This document shows positions 39,487-48,939 of a stretch of 64,000 nucleotides of DNA, one piece after another. Both the position numbers and the translations under genes were made by a program. A model generated the notes under the pieces. The model was not told the DNA's origin. It did not search any database and was given only the letters and a program-made list of their open reading frames with translations. The stretch covers positions 3,785-67,784 of the forward strand of contig JAZRIS010000026.1 of assembly GCA_045645425.1 (NCBI GenBank), read 5' to 3'. Numbering within the stretch: the first letter of the stretch is position 1; each line of letters opens with the position of its first letter. The DNA is from Barnesiella sp. Lineage in GTDB: Bacteria > Bacteroidota > Bacteroidia > Bacteroidales > Barnesiellaceae_A.

Positions 39487-41040
39487 TTATAGAGGAATGT
39501 TACCGTGCTTCTTGGCAGGATTTACGAGTTTCTTGGTGCGTAATTGCTCCAATGCGCGGATGATGCGGAAACGAGTATTGCGGGGCTCGATAACATCATC
39601 GATGTAGCCGTAACGTGCTGCATTGTAGGGGTTGGCAAACAACTTGGTGTATTCTGCCTCTTTCTCTGCAATGTATGCTTTGGGATCGGCTTGTTCTTTT
39701 GCCTCCTTGGCATAGAGAACGGCAGCAGCACCCGATGCACCCATAACGGCGATTTCGGCAGTAGGCCATGCGTAGTTCATGTCACCACGGAGTTGCTTAC
39801 AGCTCATCACGATGTGTGAGCCACCATAAGACTTGCGCAATGTTACAGTTACTTTGGGTACTGTAGCCTCACCGTAGGCATAGAGCAACTTGGCACCGTG
39901 TGAGATAACGGCATTGTACTCTTGACCTGTACCGGGCAAGAATCCGGGAACATCAACGAGTGTTACCAAAGGAATGTTGAATGCGTCGCAGAAACGTACG
40001 AAGCGAGCAGCCTTGCGTGAAGCGTTGCAGTCGAGTACGCCGGCGAGGTATTGAGGTTGGTTGGCAACGATACCTACCGATTGACCATTGAAACGTGCAA
40101 AACCGATGATGATGTTGCGTGCAAAGTCGCGTTGTACTTCGAGGAACTCACCATTGTCGATGATGGCACCGATAACTTGGTACATGTCGTAGGGTTGGTT
40201 GGGGCTGTCGGGAATAATCTCGTTGAGAGAGTCTTCAAGACGGTCGATGGGGTCTTCGCAAGTGAGTACGGGAGCTTCTTCGAGGTTGTTTTGGGGAATG
40301 AAGCTGATGAGTCGGCGTATCACGTCAAGACCTTCGTCACCGGTTTCGCAAGCAAAGTGTGCTACACCCGAAGTCTTAGAGTGCATTTCGGCACCACCAA
40401 GTTGCTCTTGTGTTACATCCTCGCCTGTTACAGTCTTAACAACTGCGGGGCCTGTGAGGAACATGTAAGAAATCTCTTTTACCATCACGATAAAGTCGGT
40501 GAGGGCGGGAGAATATACGGCACCACCGGCGCAAGGACCAAAGATACCCGAGATTTGGGGTACTACACCCGATGCCATGATGTTGCGTTGGAAGATTTCA
40601 GAATATCCGGCAAGTGCGTTGATACCTTCTTGGATACGTGCACCACCCGAGTCGTTGATACCGATAATGGGAGCACCCATCTTCATGGCCATATCCATTA
40701 CTTTGCATATCTTCATGGCCATTTGCTCAGAGAGTGAGCCACCAAATACGGTGAAGTCTTGTGCAAACACATAAACAAGACGACCTTCGATTGTACCATA
40801 ACCTGTTACAACACCGTCACCGAGATAAGATTTTTTCTCTTGACCGAAGTTGTAGCAACGGTGGCGTACAAACATGTCGATTTCTTCAAAACTACCTTCG
40901 TCGAGGAGTTGGTTGATACGCTCACGAGCTGTGTATTTACCACGTTCGTGTTGTTTGGCAATGGCTTTCTCGCCACCACCCAAACGAGCTTCATTGCGCA
41001 GTGCGATAAGCTCTTTTACTTTTTCGAGTTGATTGCTCAT
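39487..41040 (-). CDS. mmdA: methylmalonyl-CoA carboxyltransferase (decarboxylase alpha subunit; acyl-CoA carboxylase beta family)
   Basis: 517 aa with typical carboxyltransferase N and C halves ([24 protein letters not shown]). Confidence 0.9.
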   Translation of the reverse strand: MSNQLEKVKELIALRNEARLGGGEKAIAKQHERGKYTARERINQLLDEGSFEEIDMFVRHRCYNFGQEKKSYLGDGVVTGYGTIEGRLVYVFAQDFTVFGGSLSEQMAMKICKVMDMAMKMGAPIIGINDSGGARIQEGINALAGYSEIFQRNIMASGVVPQISGIFGPCAGGAVYSPALTDFIVMVKEISYMFLTGPAVVKTVTGEDVTQEQLGGAEMHSKTSGVAHFACETGDEGLDVIRRLISFIPQNNLEEAPVLTCEDPIDRLEDSLNEIIPDSPNQPYDMYQVIGAIIDNGEFLEVQRDFARNIIIGFARFNGQSVGIVANQPQYLAGVLDCNASRKAARFVRFCDAFNIPLVTLVDVPGFLPGTGQEYNAVISHGAKLLYAYGEATVPKVTVTLRKSYGGSHIVMSCKQLRGDMNYAWPTAEIAVMGASGAAAVLYAKEAKEQADPKAYIAEKEAEYTKLFANPYNAARYGYIDDVIEPRNTRFRIIRALEQLRTKKLVNPAKKHGNIPL

Positions 41041-41046
41041 TTTGTA

Positions 41047-41460
41047 TTATTTGTTAGGATTTTCACAAAGTTCTGTTAATACACTGCCTGTCGATTTGGG
41101 GTGAAGGAATGCGATGTTAAGACCTTCGGCACCTTTGCGAGGGGCTTTGTCGATGAGGCGTACGCCTTTGCCTTCTACTTCGGCCAATGCGTTGGCTACT
41201 CCGTCGGCTACGGCAAATGCGAGGTGGTGGATACCTTCGCCGCGTTTTTCAATGAAGCCGGCGATGGTGCTTTCGGGGCAGGTGGGCTCAAGCAATTCTA
41301 TTTTTGTTTGGCCTACTTTGAAGAAAGCTGTTCTTACTTTTTGGTCGGCTACTTCTTCGATTGAGTAGCATTTAAGACCCAAGATGTTTTCGTAGTAGGG
41401 AATAGCTTCTTCGAGGCTTTTTACAGCTATACCCAAGTGTTCAATGTGAGAAAGTTCCAT
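41047..41460 (-). CDS. mce: methylmalonyl-CoA epimerase (VOC/glyoxalase fold)
   Basis: 137 aa. Contains IEHLGIAV...IELLEP...GEGIHHLAF. An exact caaagata -7 box at 41527-41534 lies upstream. Confidence 0.85.
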   Translation of the reverse strand: MELSHIEHLGIAVKSLEEAIPYYENILGLKCYSIEEVADQKVRTAFFKVGQTKIELLEPTCPESTIAGFIEKRGEGIHHLAFAVADGVANALAEVEGKGVRLIDKAPRKGAEGLNIAFLHPKSTGSVLTELCENPNK

Positions 41461-41632
41461 TGTTTGTTGTTATTAAGTTAAACAGAATTTTTGGCTTGGT
41501 CGTCGGATATTATACCCGATGCGATGCAAAGATACTATTTTATATCCAAATATGTAAGCCTTTTTAAGAAAAAACACATTATAAAATAATCGCTTTTTCT
41601 CTCTGTTTTTTCTATGCTCTTGATACAGTGTG

Positions 41633-42574
41633 TCAATCGTTCCAAAATCCTCTTGAGCATTCCGATACTCTGAGCTTGTAGCGGGGGTCTTTTATATCGG
41701 TGATTTCTTCTTGTTCTTTTGTCTTCTCGGCTTCGCGCTTTATGATTTCTTTGAAGTCTTTGATGTCGGTGAAAAGGTGTATGTTGGGGTGCTTCTCAAG
41801 GATGGTAAATGTGATGTCGTTGCGCTTGTCGGGCGATAGTATGTATTCCCACAGATTTTGCTCTCTGTTGTTGAACATAAGTAGCAGAATACGAGGTATT
41901 TTCATCAGCGTTCGCTTGGATATTGTGGTGTCTGTTTGGGGGCTGTTTTGCTCTTGTATGGGGTAGTAGCTTGCACTTTCTCTTTTCCTGTCGGAACCCG
42001 GAAAATAGGAGCCTATACTGCCGTCGCTGTTGATGGTGAGAATGGCACAATGAAAGGAGGAAATAATCCATCTTCCCATGAATGATTTTCTTGCCTCGTC
42101 AGAGTTGTAGGGATAGTAAATTCCTTGTGTGTAGGGTAGGTTTGCGGCGTAATATTTGGCGCTCTTTTCGTCGCTTTCGAGAGATTCTATCATGTGTATT
42201 TGCGAGGTGGGTATTCGCCCCTTTCTGAAGAAGTAGTGTTGCGACCAGATTTTTCCTCTTGACTCCTTGTATTGTGGGTTGTATCGCTCGTTTGTCTGGT
42301 AGTAATTTATCCTTTTCCAGATGGGGCGATACCTGTGATTTTTGTGCCAGAAATCGAGCAGTTCTATGCCGGCTTCTTTGCCCGGTAGTGCCAGATTGAA
42401 GGTGTTGGAAATTCTTTTTCTCGTGTCGAGATCGTCGGGTATCGGGAGGAAATCCCGAGGCCATGTGTCAATGTCGGGTCTTACAAAATGTGTTGTTTCT
42501 ATGTGCTTGAATAGCTGTTGTGTAAGTCCCTCGTAGGCATCGTTTTTGTTGTCGTATGTGTGTAATCTTACCAT
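41633..42574 (-). CDS. highly divergent 6-phosphogluconolactonase/NagB-fold protein (function unknown)
   Basis: Start placed at MVRLHTY (alternative ATG at 42646). FNLALPGKEAG...W.RINYYQTNERYNP and FHCAILTINSDGSIGSYFPGS parallel the 6PGL family blocks LSGGSTP...W..vhff.gDERcVP and LLGmG.DGHtASlFPgs. Confidence 0.45.
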   Translation of the reverse strand: MVRLHTYDNKNDAYEGLTQQLFKHIETTHFVRPDIDTWPRDFLPIPDDLDTRKRISNTFNLALPGKEAGIELLDFWHKNHRYRPIWKRINYYQTNERYNPQYKESRGKIWSQHYFFRKGRIPTSQIHMIESLESDEKSAKYYAANLPYTQGIYYPYNSDEARKSFMGRWIISSFHCAILTINSDGSIGSYFPGSDRKRESASYYPIQEQNSPQTDTTISKRTLMKIPRILLLMFNNREQNLWEYILSPDKRNDITFTILEKHPNIHLFTDIKDFKEIIKREAEKTKEQEEITDIKDPRYKLRVSECSRGFWND

Positions 42575-42655
42575 GATGAAAAATATATAAATTGTGTTGA
42601 TATAGTCTTTATTATATAAACACATTGAGGGGCTTGTTTGTTCCATCGTTTATGT

Positions 42656-42709
42656 AAAAAACATCGACTTTATATGTCTTTTTTTGTGAGTGACATATAA
42701 AGTCGATGT
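42656..42709 (-). terminator. rho-independent terminator/attenuator upstream of the 6PGL-like gene
   Basis: Perfect 18-bp stem (acatcgactttatatgtc / gacatataaagtcgatgt) with a 13-nt loop. On the minus strand it is followed directly by ttttt. Confidence 0.75.
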
Positions 42710-42816
42710 TTCTTACAATCATATAACCTAATATTCCAACTGCATTGAGTTGTGGTCTTCTCGTTGTCGCATCGCGCGTGTGCCGAAACAAACCCTGTCC
42801 TTTCTCTTGGACACTG
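42710..42816 (-). ncRNA. candidate cis-regulatory leader or small RNA (unclassified)
   Basis: About 100 nt lies between an exact minus-strand -7 box (42817-42824, caaagata on plus) and the terminator at 42656-42709. It contains local hairpins (UGUCC/GGACA, CAACU/AGUUG). I recognised no known riboswitch consensus. Confidence 0.35.
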
Positions 42817-43032
42817 CAAAGATAGCTCCTTGTGTTGCTATGCGACAATAACGCAATGTAGTGAATTTGCATTCGTTTGTTACCAATATATGATTAGTGC
42901 ATGAAAAATGCCTGTGTTTTGCGGTGCTTTCTGTTGTTTGTGGTTATCGGTTTGATATTCAATGTGTTGTGCTGTTGATAAATTCCTTGAAAATTCTTCT
43001 TATATTATTGTGTAAAAGCTAATAAAAATTAG

Positions 43033-43040
43033 TATTTTTG
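43033..43040 (+). promoter_or_regulatory. -7 promoter box (TAttTTTG) for purH
   Basis: Exact TAnnTTTG 26 nt upstream of the ATG at 43067. Confidence 0.5.
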
Positions 43041-43066
43041 CCGACACATAACGAAAGAAAACAGTG

Positions 43067-44590
43067 ATGGCAAATCAGAAAAAAATAAAAACCGCCTTGG
43101 TGTCGGTTTTTCACAAAGATGGTCTTGATGACATTATAAAAATGTTGCATGCCGATGGTGTAGAGTTCCTTTCAACCGGCGGCACACAGTCGTTTATCGA
43201 GTCTTTGGGCATTCCTTGCAATGCCGTAGAAGATCTCACGGGTTATCCTTCTATCTTGGGAGGTCGTGTAAAGACATTGCACCCCAAAGTGTTTGGTGGT
43301 ATTCTCAATCGTCGCGACAATGCTACCGATATAGCTCAGATAGCCGAGTATGAGATACCTTCGATAGACTTGGTTATTGTCGATTTGTATCCCTTTGAGC
43401 AAACAGTTGCTTCGGGTGCAGAGGAGAGTGCGATTATCGAAAAGATAGATATAGGCGGTATATCGCTTATACGCGCTGCGGCCAAGAACTTCAATGATGT
43501 GGCTATTGTGGCATCTAAAGGACAATATGCTATCTTGTCGGATATTCTCAAACGCAACGGCGCCTCAACAACACTCGAAGAGCGTCGCTTGTTGGCACGA
43601 GAGGCGTTTGCTGTTTCGTCGGGATATGATAGCGCTATTTTCAACTACTTTGATGCCGGCGAGGGCTCGACATTCCGCGCTGCTGTCAATGGTAGCAAAG
43701 CCTTGCGATATGGCGAAAATCCTCATCAACAAGGAGCTTTCTATGGCGACTTTGAGGCTATGTTTGAGCAGTTGCATGGCAAGGAAATATCGTACAACAA
43801 CTTGCTCGATATAGATGCTGCCGTGTCGTTGATATCGGAGTTTGACGAAACAACTTTTGCTGTGCTCAAGCACAATAATGCTTGCGGAATAGCCTCGCGC
43901 GATACCATTCTTGATGCGTGGAAGGCTGCGCTCGAATGTGATCCCGTATCGGCTTTTGGCGGTGTGCTTATAGCTAATCGCCCCATCGACTTGGCTACTG
44001 CCGAGGAGGTGAATAAGATATTCTTTGAGGTAATCATTGCTCCCGAATATGCTCCTGAAGCATTGGAAGTGTTGAAACAAAAGAAAAATCGTATCATCCT
44101 CGTTCAAAAGCAAGCCAACAAAACAACCAAGCAATATCGTTCGTTGTTGGGCGGTGTCTTGGTACAAGACCGTGACTTGCACACCGAGCAACCTTGCGAG
44201 TTGCGACAAGCTACCAACCGTGCGGTTGAGGCTGATCGCATTGCCGACTTGCTCTTTGCCAATAAGATTGTGAAACATAGCAAATCTAACGCTATTGTGT
44301 TGGCCAAAAATCGTCAGCTATGTGCCAGCGGTGTAGGCCAAACTTCGCGTGTGGATGCTTTGCGTCAGGCTATCGAGAAGGCTCATTCGTTCAATTTCGA
44401 CCTCAATGGTGCAGTGATGGCATCCGATGCCTTCTTCCCCTTTGCCGATTGTGTAGAGATTGCACACAAGGCCGGAGTGGATGCAGTGATACAACCCGGT
44501 GGCTCGGTAAGAGATCAAGAGACCATAGACTATTGCAATGACAATAATATTGCGATGGTAATGACCGGCATACGCCACTTTAAACATTAA
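43067..44590 (+). CDS. purH: bifunctional AICAR formyltransferase / IMP cyclohydrolase
   Basis: About 507 aa (ATG at 43067; the ORF track starts at GTG 43064). Contains ALVSVFHKDG...LSTGGT and the C-terminal AICARFT domain. Confidence 0.95.
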   Translation: MANQKKIKTALVSVFHKDGLDDIIKMLHADGVEFLSTGGTQSFIESLGIPCNAVEDLTGYPSILGGRVKTLHPKVFGGILNRRDNATDIAQIAEYEIPSIDLVIVDLYPFEQTVASGAEESAIIEKIDIGGISLIRAAAKNFNDVAIVASKGQYAILSDILKRNGASTTLEERRLLAREAFAVSSGYDSAIFNYFDAGEGSTFRAAVNGSKALRYGENPHQQGAFYGDFEAMFEQLHGKEISYNNLLDIDAAVSLISEFDETTFAVLKHNNACGIASRDTILDAWKAALECDPVSAFGGVLIANRPIDLATAEEVNKIFFEVIIAPEYAPEALEVLKQKKNRIILVQKQANKTTKQYRSLLGGVLVQDRDLHTEQPCELRQATNRAVEADRIADLLFANKIVKHSKSNAIVLAKNRQLCASGVGQTSRVDALRQAIEKAHSFNFDLNGAVMASDAFFPFADCVEIAHKAGVDAVIQPGGSVRDQETIDYCNDNNIAMVMTGIRHFKH

Positions 44591-44621
44591 CAGAAGATTA
44601 ACCCTTAAAAAAAGTAAGAAA

Positions 44622-45641
44622 ATGGGATTTTTCTCATTAACACAAGAAATAGCAGTGGACCTCGGAACGGCCAATACCATTATCATACATGATGGCAAGA
44701 TAGTGGTAGATGAGCCTTCGGTGGTAGCATTGGAAAAGAAGACCGAGAAACTCGTGGCGGTAGGTGAGAAGGCTCGCCAGATGCACGAGAAGACAGCGCC
44801 CCATATCACTACCATTCGCCCCTTGCGCGATGGTGTTATTGCCGATTTCTATGCGGCCGAGCAGATGATACGCGGTATGGTGAAGATGGTCAATCCTCAA
44901 CGTCGCTGGTTTACTCCGTCGTTGCGTATGGTGGTATGTATCCCATCGGGAAGTACCGAGGTGGAGATACGTGCCGTGCGTGACTCGGCCGAGCATGCCG
45001 GTGGTCGCGATGTCTATATGATATATGAGCCTATGGCGGCAGCCATTGGTATAGGTATTGATGTTACTGCCCCCGAAGGTAACATGATTGTGGATATAGG
45101 TGGCGGTAGCACCGAGATTGCCGTAATCTCATTGGGTGGTATCGTTTCTAACAAGTCGATACGCATTGCGGGTGACGACCTCACTGCCGATATACAGGAG
45201 TATATGCGCCGTCAGCACAATGTGCGCATCGGTGAGCGTACTGCCGAGTTGATAAAAATCAACGTGGGCTCGGCTTTGACCGAGTTGGCCGATCCTCCCG
45301 AAGACTATATCGTGCATGGTCCCAACCAGATGACTGCATTGCCCATGGAGATACCTGTGTCATACCAAGAGGTGTCGCACTGCATCGAGAAGTCAATCTC
45401 GAAAATTGAAGCGGCTGTCCTCAGTGCCTTGGAGCAGACTCCTCCTGAGTTGTATGCCGACTTAGTGCGCAATGGTATCTATTTGGCCGGTGGTGGTGCT
45501 CTGTTGCGCGGTCTTGACAAGCGTCTTACCGACAAGATTGGTATTACCTTCCACATTGCCGACGATCCTTTGCATGCCGTTGCCAAAGGTACAGGTGTTG
45601 CACTGAAGAATATTGACGAATTTAACTTCCTTATTCGATAA
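44622..45641 (+). CDS. mreB: rod shape-determining protein MreB
   Basis: 339 aa, actin-fold, with IAVDLGTANT and DIGGGSTEIAV. Confidence 0.95.
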   Translation: MGFFSLTQEIAVDLGTANTIIIHDGKIVVDEPSVVALEKKTEKLVAVGEKARQMHEKTAPHITTIRPLRDGVIADFYAAEQMIRGMVKMVNPQRRWFTPSLRMVVCIPSGSTEVEIRAVRDSAEHAGGRDVYMIYEPMAAAIGIGIDVTAPEGNMIVDIGGGSTEIAVISLGGIVSNKSIRIAGDDLTADIQEYMRRQHNVRIGERTAELIKINVGSALTELADPPEDYIVHGPNQMTALPMEIPVSYQEVSHCIEKSISKIEAAVLSALEQTPPELYADLVRNGIYLAGGGALLRGLDKRLTDKIGITFHIADDPLHAVAKGTGVALKNIDEFNFLIR

Positions 45642-45741
45642 TAATAGTTGTGATATTGCTCCGAGTTACACGCTTTGTAATAAAGTTGTGTAACTCGTTG
45701 CGGTAAAACACTATGTCGTAATAGATACCCCATATACTTCG

Positions 45742-46587
45742 ATGCGCAATCTTATAGACTTTCTTATCAAGCATCACACATGGATATTTTTTATATTCTA
45801 TGTGGTGATAAGTTGTATTCTGTTGTTCTCTTCCAATCCCTATCAGCGCAGTGTCTTTTTTGGCTCTTCCAATAGGGTGGTAGCACAGGTTTATGAGTTG
45901 TCTAACGAGGTGTCGGGATATTTTGGATTGCGCAAGGCCAATGATGAATTGTTGATGCAGAATGGCGAGTTGGCTATGGAAAATATGCGCTTGCGACGCA
46001 TGTTGCAACGATATAGTTATGCCGCCGTGGCCGACTCTATTGCGGTGAATGACCCTATGTTGCAACAATACGATTTCATTATGGCGCATGTCATCAACAA
46101 CAGTGTGGCGCACCTCGAAAATTATATCACACTCGATAAGGGCAGTGCCGATGGTGTGGCACCGGAGATGGCTGTGGTAGATCATCGAGGTATAGTAGGT
46201 ATTGTCAATGTAGTCAATGAACACAACTCGGTGGCCATATCGGTGTTGAATACCAAGTTGCATGTGAGTTGCAAGGTAAAAGGAACAGATTGTTTCGGCT
46301 CGTTGGTGTGGGATGGACGCAGTGCGGCTTATGCCGTTCTTGAAGAGATGCCTCGTCATGTCGAGTTTGTTCCCGGCGACACAATCGTAACGAGCGGTTT
46401 TTCGGCAGTTTTCCCCGATGGTGTTATGGTGGGAACAATTCACGACTATGCCAAGCAGAAAGATGATAATTTCTATGCCATGCAGGTGAAATTATCTACC
46501 GACTTTACACAATTAGGAGCTGTGCGTATCATCAATAATCACATGCAGGACATGCAACAAATGTTGGAGAAGGAGGCACGACAATGA
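45742..46587 (+). CDS. mreC: rod shape-determining protein MreC
   Basis: 281 aa: N-terminal TM, a coiled coil (LLMQNGELAMENMRLRRML), then a beta-rich domain. Position is between mreB and mreD. Confidence 0.85.
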   Translation: MRNLIDFLIKHHTWIFFIFYVVISCILLFSSNPYQRSVFFGSSNRVVAQVYELSNEVSGYFGLRKANDELLMQNGELAMENMRLRRMLQRYSYAAVADSIAVNDPMLQQYDFIMAHVINNSVAHLENYITLDKGSADGVAPEMAVVDHRGIVGIVNVVNEHNSVAISVLNTKLHVSCKVKGTDCFGSLVWDGRSAAYAVLEEMPRHVEFVPGDTIVTSGFSAVFPDGVMVGTIHDYAKQKDDNFYAMQVKLSTDFTQLGAVRIINNHMQDMQQMLEKEARQ

Positions 46588-47102
46588 ACATCAATGTGTT
46601 GCGAGAAATATGTATTGCGCTCCTGTTTGTGTTATTGCAGGCAGTGGTTTTCAATCAAATATACCTCTTTGGTGTTGCTGTTCCGTTGGTATTTATCTAT
46701 GTGATATTGCGCATGCCTTTGTCGTTATCTACCGCATGGTTGCTCACGGCTTCGTTTTTCTTGGGCTTGGTGGTAGATATTTTTGGCAATACTCCCGGAA
46801 TGAATGCCCTTGCTTGTACGATATTGGCCTTTGTACGTCGTCCCATCCTCTCGCTCTATCTGCCTCATGGTAGCGACTATGTTGCCGAGATACCTTCGAT
46901 AAGAGGTTTTGGTATGTGGCTCTATGTGCGTTATTCTCTCACGCTTACATTCGTTTATTGCTTGTTGCTGTTTGCCATCGAGTCGTTGTCGCTGTTCGAT
47001 TTGCCTTATATGCTCGTGCGCATTGTGTGCAGTACGTTGCTTACATTTATCCTCATTCTTTGTGTCGATAGTTTAAATCAAGGTCGTGAGAAAAGATTAT
47101 AA
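46584..47102 (+). CDS. mreD: rod shape-determining protein MreD
   Basis: 172 aa with about 5 TM helices. Its start overlaps the mreC stop by 4 nt, the canonical operon position. Confidence 0.7.
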   Translation: MNINVLREICIALLFVLLQAVVFNQIYLFGVAVPLVFIYVILRMPLSLSTAWLLTASFFLGLVVDIFGNTPGMNALACTILAFVRRPILSLYLPHGSDYVAEIPSIRGFGMWLYVRYSLTLTFVYCLLLFAIESLSLFDLPYMLVRIVCSTLLTFILILCVDSLNQGREKRL

Positions 47103-48939
47103 TCTTGAAAAGAGAAAGTATGTCATAGCGGCAGCATTGCTTGTGGTTGTGGCTGTGTTTCTTGTGCGCCTGTTTTCGCTGCAAGTGGGAGATAACGACT
47201 ACAAACGTTATGCCGACAGTAATGCCTTTCAACGCAAGGTGCTATATCCCTCGCGCGGATTTATCTATGACCGCAATGGCGAGCTCTTGGTGTATAACCA
47301 ACCGGCCTATGATGTGATGATGATACCCCGCGAGATGCGCTCGATAGATACGCTCGATTTTTGCGCAACGCTGGGTATCGATACGGTGCAGTTCAAGCGC
47401 TATATGCTTGACATGAGAAAGAGTCCCGGTTATTCGTCATATACACCGCAAGTCTTTATGACGCAGTTGTCGGCTCGCGATTATGGACGTTTGCAAGAGA
47501 AGTTGTATCGCTATCCGGGTGTTTATATCCAAAATCGCGTATTGCGTGAATATAGCCGTCCCATTGCGGCCAATGTGTTGGGAAACATTCGAGAGGTGTC
47601 GCCCTCCGACATTGAGCGTGACGAATATTATCGTCGAGGCGATTACACCGGCGATTTGGGCGTTGAAAAGTCTTTTGAAGAGGTGTTGCGTGGTGTCAAA
47701 GGCGAGGAGATACTATTGCGGGATGTGCATGGACGCATCAAGGGCAAGTATGAAGATGGTCGTTATGATATACAACCCGTGTCGGGCAGAAACGTAACTC
47801 TCTCGATTGATGCCGATTTGCAAGCCTATGGCGAGAAGTTGATGCAGAACAAGACCGGTGCTATTGTGGCAATAGAGCCCTCTACCGGTGAGATATTGGC
47901 TCTGGTATCGAGTCCTACTTACGACCCCTCCATCTTGGTGGGTAGGGAGCGTGGCAAGAATTATGCGCGCCTCACTCGCGACCCCGGCAATCCGCTTTAC
48001 GACCGTGCCATCATGGCCGTCTATCCTCCCGGCTCTACATTCAAGCCTACTCAGGGCCTTATATTTCTTGAAGAAGGCATCATAACACCGCAAACACACT
48101 ATTCTTGTACAGGCGGTTTTGTAGTAGGAGGATTGCGTGTAGGATGTCATGCCCATGCCGCTCCATTGCCGTTGATACCCTCATTGGCTACATCGTGCAA
48201 TGCCTACTATTGTTGCGGATTGCGCTCGATGCTCGACAATCGCTCGCTCTATGATAGCACTTCCGAGGCTTTTGAGATATGGAAAAACCATCTTGTTTCG
48301 ATGGGTTATGGCTATAAATTGGGTATAGACTTGCCCGGCGAGAAGCGAGGCTTCTTGCCCAATAGTGCATACTATGATAAGTTTTATGGACAAAATAGAT
48401 GGAAGGCTCTCACCATCATATCTATCGCCATAGGGCAAGGTGAGATATTGGCTACACCATTGCAGATAGCCAACCTTGCTGCCACAATAGCCAATAGGGG
48501 ATATTTCTATACACCTCATGTTGTGAAGGCTATACAAGACACGGTGATAGATACGACCTATACGGTGCGTCGTTATCCTACGGTAGATGCTCGTCATTAT
48601 GATGCGATAGTAGAGGGTATGCGTATGGCAGTGACCGATGGTACTTGTCGTACGGCCAATCTTCCCGATATAGAGGTGTGTGGCAAGACAGGTACTGCTC
48701 AAAATCCGCATGGACGCGACCACTCGGCTTTCATGGGATTTGCTCCGATGGACAATCCTCGCATTGCTATTGCTGTGTATGTCGAGAATGCCGGTTTCGG
48801 TGCTACCTATGGCGTGCCTATCGGTAGTCTTATGATGGAGTATTATCTCAATGGCGAGATAACAGACCCTGCTCGTAAGGACTTGGAACAAAGAATGTTT
48901 AACTCAAAAGTAGTAGGTAATAGTGGCAAGAAACGTTGA
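47086..48939 (+). CDS. mrdA: penicillin-binding protein 2 (elongasome transpeptidase)
   Basis: 617 aa with a GTG start. Has the PBP dimerisation domain plus transpeptidase motifs STFKP, SCN and KTGTA. Confidence 0.9.
   Translation: MRKDYNLEKRKYVIAAALLVVVAVFLVRLFSLQVGDNDYKRYADSNAFQRKVLYPSRGFIYDRNGELLVYNQPAYDVMMIPREMRSIDTLDFCATLGIDTVQFKRYMLDMRKSPGYSSYTPQVFMTQLSARDYGRLQEKLYRYPGVYIQNRVLREYSRPIAANVLGNIREVSPSDIERDEYYRRGDYTGDLGVEKSFEEVLRGVKGEEILLRDVHGRIKGKYEDGRYDIQPVSGRNVTLSIDADLQAYGEKLMQNKTGAIVAIEPSTGEILALVSSPTYDPSILVGRERGKNYARLTRDPGNPLYDRAIMAVYPPGSTFKPTQGLIFLEEGIITPQTHYSCTGGFVVGGLRVGCHAHAAPLPLIPSLATSCNAYYCCGLRSMLDNRSLYDSTSEAFEIWKNHLVSMGYGYKLGIDLPGEKRGFLPNSAYYDKFYGQNRWKALTIISIAIGQGEILATPLQIANLAATIANRGYFYTPHVVKAIQDTVIDTTYTVRRYPTVDARHYDAIVEGMRMAVTDGTCRTANLPDIEVCGKTGTAQNPHGRDHSAFMGFAPMDNPRIAIAVYVENAGFGATYGVPIGSLMMEYYLNGEITDPARKDLEQRMFNSKVVGNSGKKR

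Noticed and set aside
42612-42872. 86-aa ORF overlapping the putative leader/terminator
   Set aside because: It runs straight through an 18-bp perfect hairpin and a promoter box and has no recognisable protein features. The region is better explained as non-coding RNA or a leader.
42900-43066. ZTP (pfl) riboswitch upstream of purH
   Set aside because: purH is a classic ZTP-riboswitch target, so I looked for the conserved GGGUCGUGAC... / CCGCCUGGGC-type elements on the plus strand. None is present. The region contains only an AT-rich spacer and a TAttTTTG promoter box 26 nt before the start.
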